Below are positions 9,495 through 16,609 of a DNA stretch of 64,000 nt, piece by piece; the stretch's first letter is position 1, and each line of letters begins with the position of its first letter. Below the pieces are notes generated by a model. The model was not told where the DNA came from. It was given only the letters and a program-made list of their open reading frames with translations, and made no database searches. A program made the translations under genes and the position numbers. This DNA comes from Mucilaginibacter sp. Its GTDB lineage: Bacteria > Bacteroidota > Bacteroidia > Sphingobacteriales > Sphingobacteriaceae. Location: positions 11,913 to 75,912 of the forward strand of contig DASZYQ010000022.1 in NCBI GenBank assembly GCA_035545315.1, written 5' to 3'.

Positions 9495-9643
9495 ACCCGA
9501 AATTGTGCCGTAACTACTTATATTACAGCAACTTACATTAAAATCAAAGAACTTTGCCTTTTGTTATTTTTTCTGCGATATACAACAGGCCCTAACCTTA
9601 CAAGATACGAAAAATTTGGGGGATTTGGAAGGGGAAGTTTGTG

Positions 9644-10078
9644 TCAATGGTCGGGCGCAGCCACTTGACCGGGCGGTAATAAAATGCTCATCAAATTGCA
9701 CAACAACATGACAAAGGCGCTTGATACCCACAGCCAATATCCTAAGCTATGGCTAACGATTTTACTTGGAAGGCCTGCTTCATTAGTAGTTACTGTATGG
9801 AAGAACAAAAATGAAACAGCGATCAACCCTGCGAACAGGCTGCTCAATAATGATAGTTTTGGGCTTTTATTCCATTTGACCCATGAAACCAGAAGAAGGG
9901 GATTTGCAAGCCATATTAAATTACTCACGCCCGAAATTAGCCCTAGCGGGCCAAAAACTAAAGCTAAAAAACCTAATCCGCAAACCCCGGCATCTGTACA
10001 AAACGATGGAAGAAACAGAGCAAAAACAAAAAGAGCAATGCTTAACCACCGGAGGCCTTTTATAACGATTTGGTGCAT
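9644..10078 (-). CDS. Hypothetical membrane protein (about 4 TM)
   Basis: Hydrophobic helices; WLANP and GYWLW motifs; AT-rich relative to flanks. Confidence 0.7.
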   Translation of the reverse strand: MHQIVIKGLRWLSIALFVFALFLPSFCTDAGVCGLGFLALVFGPLGLISGVSNLIWLANPLLLVSWVKWNKSPKLSLLSSLFAGLIAVSFLFFHTVTTNEAGLPSKIVSHSLGYWLWVSSAFVMLLCNLMSILLPPGQVAAPDH

Positions 10079-10157
10079 TTTGTTTGGCGATAGTTTTTAA
10101 ACCGCAGATAAAGTTCCTCTCCGCTGTCCATGGTCTCCAAAGAAGACTACATACATG

Positions 10158-10337
10158 CTAGACCACGTCATTTTTCTTAGTTCCTCTTTTGGGGATTTTT
10201 ATAAATACAAATATAATTAGAACAGCACCGCCTAATTGAATAAGATACTTATAGATGCTTTGATATTGTGGAAACCAATTTGGTATCACAAGGAGCGCAA
10301 ATCCAACCCATAAATTTGCCTTATTGTAAATTTTCAT
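10158..10337 (-). CDS. Small hypothetical membrane protein (2 TM, 59 aa)
   Basis: MKIYNKANLWVGFALLVIPNW...LGGAVLIIFVFIKIPKRGTKK; two hydrophobic segments and a basic tail; ATG 10337 preferred over GTG 10364. Confidence 0.55.
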   Translation of the reverse strand: MKIYNKANLWVGFALLVIPNWFPQYQSIYKYLIQLGGAVLIIFVFIKIPKRGTKKNDVV

Positions 10338-10367
10338 ACCGTCAATAAAGAATTTACTTCCCACGCT

Positions 10368-10449
10368 GTCCGTAGTCTCCCGACTACGGACCTATATGCA
10401 TGTAGTCTCAGACTACATGCATAGCCGTTCGAAGTCAGAGACTTCGAAC
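10368..10449. repeat. Cluster of three perfect REP-like palindromes
   Basis: GTCCGTAGTC-tccc-GACTACGGAC; TATGCATGTAGTC-tca-GACTACATGCATA; GTTCGAAGTC-aga-GACTTCGAAC. Confidence 0.85.
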
Positions 10450-10465
10450 AACGTCAAATAATATT

Positions 10466-12652
10466 TCATTTCCCCAGCGCAAACGCCACATAACTATCCC
10501 CCGATTGCGTATGCAGCTTTCCGCCCCCGCAGGCGATCACCAAATATTCCTTCCCCGCAATATCGTACACCGCGGGCGTGGCAAAACCGGCTGCGGGCAG
10601 TGTGGCTTCCCAAAGCAACTTGCCGTCGCGCTTGTTAAAGGCCCGTATCTTGCCGTCTTTGGTAGCGGCGATAAACACCACTCCTCCTGCTGTCACTACC
10701 GGGCCGCCATAGTTCTCGGTACCGGTATTGGGCCGTCCGGGCTGTGCGAAGGCAGGGTCGTTGCCCAACGGTATGCGCCAAACCATTTTGCCGGTATTCA
10801 GGTCCACAGCGTTCAGCGTGCCCCAGGGCGGCGATATGGCCGGGTAGCCTTCCTTGCTCAGGAATTTATTGTAGCCCGCCATCTCGTATGGAATATCCTG
10901 GTACGGGTCGATGTTTTTGTGTTCGGGCACAAAAGCCGTTTTCCCGGTAGTTTTGTTTTGCGTAATGAAGGCTATGATGGCCTGCCGTTCCTGCGCGCTC
11001 AGTTGTTTGAACGACGGCATCATCCGGCGGCCATTTTGCAGTAGCGAGTCGATCTGCTTGTCTTTATACTTCTTTTCGATACTGATCAGCGAAGGGTAAT
11101 TGCCGGACCCTTCGCGGTTGCGGCCGTGGCAGGTCATACAATTGGCAAGAAACAACCGTTGGCCCGCCTGTTCGAAATCTTCATTCTTTGGCACATTGGC
11201 ATTGCTCTGCGATTCGATCATACTCATCACCCAGGCCATTTCGTTGGCGTTGATGTACATAATCCCGGTGGTTGGGTCGTAAGCCGGACCGCCCCACTCC
11301 GCACCCCCGTCGAACCCGGGGAATATGACCGACGGCTTTTTACCCGGCGGCAAAAACATGCTGCCATAGCGGTAGCCTTTCAGCCGCTGCAGTACCTCGG
11401 CTTTGGAATCGGCGGACAGGTAAGGATTGATGTCCTTGTCGGTCAGCGTTTGCCGGGCAAAAGGCACCGGCAAGGTGGGTATGGGTTGCGTCGGCCAGGG
11501 TTTTTCACCCGCCAGCTCTGAATTGGTAGGCACCGGCGTTTCCTTCACGGGAAACAGTGGCTTCCCGGTCAACCTGTCGAGCACAAAAATAAACCCGTGC
11601 TTGGTGGGCTGCGCCACCGCGTCGATCATTTTGCCGTCGTGCTTCACCGTCACCAGTACCGGAGCGGTCGGCAGGTCCTTATCCCACAGGTCGTGGTGTA
11701 TCACCTGGTAATGCCATATCCTTTTGCCGGTGGCGGCATCCAGCGCTATCACGCAGTTGGCGAACAAGTTGGCGCCTTTGCGCTTTCCGCCATAAAAGTC
11801 ATACACCGCCGACCCGGTCGGCACAAAAAGCATCCCGCTTTTTTCGTCCATGCTAAAACCCGACCAGCTATTGGCCGAACCGATATATTTATAAGCCTCA
11901 GGGTCTTCCCAGGTATTATAACCAAATTCGCCGGGGTAGGGTATGGTGTGAAATATCCATTTCAGCCTGCCGGTACGCACATCATAAGCGCGAACATGGC
12001 CCGGCGCGGCGTCGGCAGTCTCGTTCACACGGCTGCCCACGATGTACAGGTCCTTATAAATTATACCCGGCGAGGTAGCCGTGATGTACATATTTTTGGT
12101 GTCGCGACCCAGGTCGTTATGCAGATCGATCTTGCCGCCGTCGCCAAAAGTCGTGATGAGGTCGCCGGTCAGCGCGTTTACCTCGTAAACGGCCGAACCC
12201 GCGCAATACAGTATACGCTTATCCTTGCCGTCCTCCCAATACGTAACACCGCGGTTATTGTTCATCCCAAAGCTCCCCGCCGCCGAATTCGTATTGCCTG
12301 TCGGGTCGAATATCCAGCGCTGCTCGCCCGTGGCCGCATTCACCGCGAACAGCCGCAGTTTCGGCGTAGTGCCATATAAAAGGCCATTAGCTACGATGGG
12401 ACTGCATTGTATCTGCGAAAAATATTTTACGTCGGCATCGCCGGTGTGGTACGTCCAGGCTACCTGCAGGTTTTTGACATTGGCTGTATCGATCTGGGTT
12501 AGCTTGGAATAGTGCTGTGCCGCCTTCGAGCCGCCGGAAACCCGCCAGAAACTGTCGCCTGAATATAAAACCGAATTATCCGAAGTATGCGATCTGCAGG
12601 AAAATAAAGCAGCGGCGGCCAGGAATAACGCCGCCCGTTTGGGGTTGATCAT
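10466..12652 (-). CDS. PQQ-dependent dehydrogenase (glucose/quinate-type) lipoprotein with inserted cytochrome c domain
   Basis: Lipobox LFSC; Trp-docking propeller motifs (LQVAWTY, HHDLWDKDLP, GGAEWGG, ENYGGP); heme motif CMTCH with RMMPSF Met ligand. Confidence 0.9.
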   Translation of the reverse strand: MINPKRAALFLAAAALFSCRSHTSDNSVLYSGDSFWRVSGGSKAAQHYSKLTQIDTANVKNLQVAWTYHTGDADVKYFSQIQCSPIVANGLLYGTTPKLRLFAVNAATGEQRWIFDPTGNTNSAAGSFGMNNNRGVTYWEDGKDKRILYCAGSAVYEVNALTGDLITTFGDGGKIDLHNDLGRDTKNMYITATSPGIIYKDLYIVGSRVNETADAAPGHVRAYDVRTGRLKWIFHTIPYPGEFGYNTWEDPEAYKYIGSANSWSGFSMDEKSGMLFVPTGSAVYDFYGGKRKGANLFANCVIALDAATGKRIWHYQVIHHDLWDKDLPTAPVLVTVKHDGKMIDAVAQPTKHGFIFVLDRLTGKPLFPVKETPVPTNSELAGEKPWPTQPIPTLPVPFARQTLTDKDINPYLSADSKAEVLQRLKGYRYGSMFLPPGKKPSVIFPGFDGGAEWGGPAYDPTTGIMYINANEMAWVMSMIESQSNANVPKNEDFEQAGQRLFLANCMTCHGRNREGSGNYPSLISIEKKYKDKQIDSLLQNGRRMMPSFKQLSAQERQAIIAFITQNKTTGKTAFVPEHKNIDPYQDIPYEMAGYNKFLSKEGYPAISPPWGTLNAVDLNTGKMVWRIPLGNDPAFAQPGRPNTGTENYGGPVVTAGGVVFIAATKDGKIRAFNKRDGKLLWEATLPAAGFATPAVYDIAGKEYLVIACGGGKLHTQSGDSYVAFALGK

Positions 12653-12729
12653 TGAAATGTCAATTAAGGTAATTGGATTGACGCTAATTTATAACATTAA
12701 TTACTATTGTAGAACAATTTAAAGCCGTT

Positions 12730-13185
12730 ATGAACCCGCAGATCGATACCCTGAAAAAAATACGCGCCTTTTTACTTGAAGGCATTAAGGACCTGACCAC
12801 CGAACAACTGAACAAAATACCTGAAGGTTTTAACAATAATATCATCTGGAACCTGGGACACCTGGTAGCCGCGCAGCAGGGCATGTGTTACAAAAGGGCG
12901 AACCTGGCGCCGCACATCAGCGACGAATTTTGGGAGAAATTCCGCACCGGCAGTAAACCCAGCAGTTACATTGGCGCCGACGAGATCGCAAAGATCAAAA
13001 ACCTGTTACTACATACCATGGACGAGTTGGATGCCGACTATAACAAGGGCATTTTCGGAAACTACACTGCCTGGAGCACCCGTTACGGAGTGGAAATACC
13101 ATCGATAGAAGACGCGCTGAAATTTCTGCCTTTCCACGAGGGATTGCATACGGGTGTGATTTCGACGATGAGGAAACTGCTGTAA
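12730..13185 (+). CDS. DinB family protein
   Basis: NNIIWNLGHL and FHEGLHTG metal-binding His motifs; 151 aa. Confidence 0.88.
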   Translation: MNPQIDTLKKIRAFLLEGIKDLTTEQLNKIPEGFNNNIIWNLGHLVAAQQGMCYKRANLAPHISDEFWEKFRTGSKPSSYIGADEIAKIKNLLLHTMDELDADYNKGIFGNYTAWSTRYGVEIPSIEDALKFLPFHEGLHTGVISTMRKLL

Positions 13186-13204
13186 CCTCCTAAAGAATCT
13201 GAAT

Positions 13205-13240
13205 CAACAAAAAACCCGGCGTAACCGGGTTTTAATATTT
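13205..13240. terminator. Bidirectional intrinsic terminator; copy 1 of a direct repeat
   Basis: AAAACCCGG-cgtaa-CCGGGTTTT between convergent genes; first 28 nt identical to 16540-16567. Confidence 0.85.
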
Positions 13241-13261
13241 TAAAGACCCTCCGATGCATGA

Positions 13262-13672
13262 TCATTTCACCACGATGGCCTCATTCAGCACCACATCGCT
13301 TAAAAATCCGGTGCACACGCCCTTCACCATTATCGTCGAATCGTGCATTCGTGGTTTACTGCCGGGCTTCAGGGTACAAAATACATTGGCAAACGGGTCG
13401 CCGCTTTTTAGCGTCAGGGTAATATCACCTTCCTGGTCTTTTTCCTTTTTCAGCACCACACCTTTTATCTCGATGGCCTTGTTTAAATACCTGGCATTGG
13501 CACTTTTTTCATTAGCCTCATAGTCTTTTACGATACGCGCTGCTGATACCACCAGTGCATTTTCATCGGCAACGTTCCGGTGATGCGTTTTTGAATACTG
13601 AAAAACATAATACCACCCGCCTGACAACACGACCAGGAACAGGGCGGCCAAACCTAATAAGATCTTTTTCAT
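13262..13672 (-). CDS. Membrane-anchored OB-fold (tRNA_anti-like) protein
   Basis: N-terminal TM from ATG 13672; YEANEKSANARYLNKAIEIKGVV ... VKGVCTGFLSDVVL. Confidence 0.8.
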   Translation of the reverse strand: MKKILLGLAALFLVVLSGGWYYVFQYSKTHHRNVADENALVVSAARIVKDYEANEKSANARYLNKAIEIKGVVLKKEKDQEGDITLTLKSGDPFANVFCTLKPGSKPRMHDSTIMVKGVCTGFLSDVVLNEAIVVK

Positions 13673-13676
13673 AGCT

Positions 13677-14612
13677 CTACCATTTATTTGATACGTCTTT
13701 GTGTTTCGCCACGGTAAACACCCTTGATATATTGAACCCGAAGTGTACGCCGCCGTTGGCCCAGCGCCCGTCGGTTTGTGTAATAAAACTCTTTTCGTTG
13801 ATGCCCGTCGAATTGGTAAAAAATAACTGGAATACGTGGCCGCCGGTCTCGATATCGAAGCCAACCGATGCCGCGTTATAATATCCTGCCAGGCGCTGAA
13901 ACTGATAATAATATTCGCCGGTAAGGTTTACCCTTTTGGATATCCTCAGCCGGAAACCTGATCCGACCGAATAATAATCGTTAGGCATGCTTGAAGTAGA
14001 TACAATATTGTAGTGCACCATCGTAGGTGAAAATTGCAATGAAAAATAATCGCCGAATTTGCGGGCCAGCAACACCTGGTTCACGTAGGCCAGGTGGTCC
14101 GAATAATTGACCTGGTAGGGTTGCGGCTGATCTTTCAAAGTCGTAAGCACGGTCGTCGATACGATGCTGACCGACAAAGGCATATTCACCTTACCCGTCG
14201 ACTGGCGCAGTACCCGGTATTTAAAAAAACCATCGAACTCTTTATTGTAGGTACTTCGGCCGATCCCGACCTCCAACCGGTTGGATATCCCGTAATCCAT
14301 GCCGATGCGCAAAGTGGCCTGGTCGAGGCCATAAAAATTGTACGAACCCGAATTGACCATGCCAAAGCGGTGCGATATTTTCAGATCTAATATCCCCGCA
14401 CCCGTATTCTCGATGGATTGCCCGTTGATGATACGGGTGGTCTTAAATATCGACGTCGTTATATCCGTTTTATCCGTCTTTTCTTTTTTATCCTGGGCGT
14501 CCTGCATTTTGAACAAATCGACATTTTGGCCATGCAACTTCAAAAAAGTAACGACCAATACAAGCAGCATCGCCCCTCCGCGACGACTCACCGCACACCG
14601 CACCGCTCTCAT
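13677..14612 (-). CDS. DUF5777 family outer-membrane beta-barrel protein
   Basis: FKTTRIINGQS, ISHRFG, YGLDQATLRIG, DIETGGHVFQLFFTN, HFGFNISRVF motifs. Confidence 0.8.
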   Translation of the reverse strand: MRAVRCAVSRRGGAMLLVLVVTFLKLHGQNVDLFKMQDAQDKKEKTDKTDITTSIFKTTRIINGQSIENTGAGILDLKISHRFGMVNSGSYNFYGLDQATLRIGMDYGISNRLEVGIGRSTYNKEFDGFFKYRVLRQSTGKVNMPLSVSIVSTTVLTTLKDQPQPYQVNYSDHLAYVNQVLLARKFGDYFSLQFSPTMVHYNIVSTSSMPNDYYSVGSGFRLRISKRVNLTGEYYYQFQRLAGYYNAASVGFDIETGGHVFQLFFTNSTGINEKSFITQTDGRWANGGVHFGFNISRVFTVAKHKDVSNKW

Positions 14613-14615
14613 ACC

Positions 14616-15155
14616 TTACTCGTATTTGCAATTAACCGAAATCTCAGCCTCTTCCGCTATTTTGGTACCGATATACAGGCCTGTTATACCATAGTCTTTT
14701 ATTTTTATCTTGAATACCCCGCTAATGGCCGGCTTACCCCCGGTAATCTCCATGACGCCCTTGGTGGCCACTTTTTGTGAAACACCGTGTATGGTCAATG
14801 TCCCGTCCACATTCACCGGGTATTTGCCGTCCTTCGAAAAATCGATGGAGGAAGCATTGGTCACATAACCCCTGAATTCTGCCTTGGGGATCTTCGAACT
14901 TTCCAGGTAGTTCTCATTAAAATGGTCCTCCATTAACTGGTTTGGAAACTTAAAACTTTTGATCAGTGCGCTAAACACGATCTGGCCGGTTTTGTCGACC
15001 ATTTTGCTGTCGACCTGGTTATTCACGGCTACGACATTCTCCAACGGACTGCTTGCGTTGAATTTGATCTGGCCGGTTTTGGTAGAAAATAGTTTTTGGG
15101 CATGCACCTGCAGGCAGGCGCCTGCCAGGGCAAGGAACAGGATGGGCTTTTTCAT
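14616..15155 (-). CDS. YceI family lipid/isoprenoid-binding protein
   Basis: Signal peptide; LMEDHFNENYLES..PKAEF and GTLTIHGV motifs. Confidence 0.9.
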   Translation of the reverse strand: MKKPILFLALAGACLQVHAQKLFSTKTGQIKFNASSPLENVVAVNNQVDSKMVDKTGQIVFSALIKSFKFPNQLMEDHFNENYLESSKIPKAEFRGYVTNASSIDFSKDGKYPVNVDGTLTIHGVSQKVATKGVMEITGGKPAISGVFKIKIKDYGITGLYIGTKIAEEAEISVNCKYE

Positions 15156-15167
15156 AGTTTTAGGGTT

Positions 15168-15542
15168 CTAGTTATTAGGGGTACCGTTATTGATCCATGT
15201 TTGAATAGTTTTTATCTGGCACGACGAAAGCTGTACTGCATTTAAAGGCATAGCCGCAATCCCGCCTGTGTGGCTGATCGAATTCATTAACTGGCCATTG
15301 GCTGCATAAACCTTTAGCCCGGCGTAGGTATCAAGTTTTATCCCGCCGCCCGCCGCAGCCGAGCCGCCATGACAGCTATAACAATTGGCGCTTAAAATGC
15401 CGGTTACGGTGGCGCTGTAAGTAACGCTCGCTACATTGCAGCCGCTGGTTGAATTGGATTGCGGGTACGACAGGTTCGCATGGTCGTAGTAGCAACCTGT
15501 TGCCAGCAACGATATCGATACGAGGGTGATCAAATATTTCAT
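15168..15542 (-). CDS. Mono-heme cytochrome c lipoprotein
   Basis: Lipobox LATGC from ATG 15542; CYSCH heme motif; distal AMP Met. Confidence 0.85.
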   Translation of the reverse strand: MKYLITLVSISLLATGCYYDHANLSYPQSNSTSGCNVASVTYSATVTGILSANCYSCHGGSAAAGGGIKLDTYAGLKVYAANGQLMNSISHTGGIAAMPLNAVQLSSCQIKTIQTWINNGTPNN

Positions 15543-15553
15543 TGCCACGATCG

Positions 15554-16303
15554 TTATTGCGGGCAGCCGCTGTTCAGCCATTTGGTTATTTGCGTTACCT
15601 GGCAATCGGGTAGCTTGCCCGACTGCGGCATATTCATAGCTGAGCTTGCCGAGGTATAATTAATAGCATTAAGAAATGTTGCTTTTAATGACGTGCCTGC
15701 CGCTTTTGCGCTGGCGTAGTTACTCAGGACAACGTTGCCCGAACCGGGCGCAACGCCATGGCAGCCGTTGCAATAGGTGGCGAATATTTGCGATATGCCG
15801 TTAGTATAAGTGGTCTTGGTGGTATCGCAGGTAGTTATTGTACAGGTATTGTTCGTGGCGCCTTCGGTTATCCATTTGGAGATGGTAGCCAGTTGGGCCG
15901 ATGTTAATTGCGGCGAATTTCGCGGCGGCATTTCACCATCGGTAATGATCTTGTAATACTTGCTCTCGCCGGGATTACCCGGTGAGATCCCCCGCATAAT
16001 GTTGTTGTAGTTGGTCAACACCAGGTCTTCCTGCGCTGACGCAGCGTCGTGGCAGCCGGGACTTGCACAATAGGTTTGAAATAAGGGCAATACGTCGGTT
16101 TGAAAACAAACGCCGCTGGAAGAGGTCGTACCGGAACCCGTTCCACTGCCGGTGCCGGACCCACTACCCGAATTCGAGCCGGTGCCTGATGTATTTCCAG
16201 AAGTTCCGCTTGCGGAGGGTTTGATCACGTCGTGCGTACAGGAATATAGCACGACAAATAAAACAGCGATTAACGCTGCTAAAATTAACAGGGGCTTTTT
16301 CAT
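15554..16303 (-). CDS. Di-heme cytochrome c lipoprotein with Gly/Ser/Thr tether
   Basis: Lipobox LYSC; GSGSGTGSGTGSG linker; CASPGCH (CX4CH) and CNGCH motifs, each followed by an MP motif. Confidence 0.85.
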   Translation of the reverse strand: MKKPLLILAALIAVLFVVLYSCTHDVIKPSASGTSGNTSGTGSNSGSGSGTGSGTGSGTTSSSGVCFQTDVLPLFQTYCASPGCHDAASAQEDLVLTNYNNIMRGISPGNPGESKYYKIITDGEMPPRNSPQLTSAQLATISKWITEGATNNTCTITTCDTTKTTYTNGISQIFATYCNGCHGVAPGSGNVVLSNYASAKAAGTSLKATFLNAINYTSASSAMNMPQSGKLPDCQVTQITKWLNSGCPQ

Positions 16304-16361
16304 TGGTTTTCGTAGGTTAAATTTTCTACGTGTATCCCTTCCAAAATCATCGATCCCGGTT

Positions 16362-16388
16362 GTAATACATTTAGAATAAATGTATTAC
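16362..16388. promoter_or_regulatory. Operator-like perfect inverted repeat upstream of the cytochrome operon
   Basis: GTAATACATTTA-gaa-TAAATGTATTAC. Confidence 0.6.
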
Positions 16389-16539
16389 GGGCACGGTAAC
16401 AGGAAAGTTACAATTTAACTAACGAAACATTTTATACTAAATTATATCGAGTTATGAAATTTTTTAAGCACAGGACAAAAAAGCAAATGCGCATAAGTTA
16501 ATAATTAGATCAATTGCTAAGTTATACGCTGGTTTTGGG

Positions 16540-16574
16540 CAACAAAAAACCCGGCGTAACCGGGTTTAATATTT
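16540..16574 (-). terminator. sucB terminator; copy 2 of the direct repeat
   Basis: CAACAAAAAACCCGGCGTAACCGGGTTTAATATTT; gives a U-tract on the minus strand downstream of the sucB stop. Confidence 0.85.
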
Positions 16575-16609
16575 AATCAGCGAAATCTTACAATCATTAT
16601 AATCAACCG

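Noticed and set aside
9684-10100. 138-aa plus-strand ORF
   Set aside because: Antisense to the 4-TM gene, which has the coherent hydrophobic pattern and start context
10368-10449. Possible CRISPR mini-array
   Set aside because: Palindromes differ in sequence, there are no 30-40 nt spacers, and no cas genes are present
13673-13864. Long N-terminal extensions in the ORF track (also 983-1027, 9338-9424, 15543-15605, 25831-25869, 31199-31225)
   Set aside because: Downstream ATGs give proper signal peptides or remove overlaps; the extensions are not protein-like
15543-15605. Apparent overlap or programmed frameshift fusing the two cytochromes
   Set aside because: Using ATG 15542 the second gene starts 11 bp after the first stop and has its own lipoprotein signal
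13205-16576. Calling the direct-repeat-bounded unit a mobile element
   Set aside because: No integrase, transposase or terminal inverted repeats seen; kept only as a hypothesis
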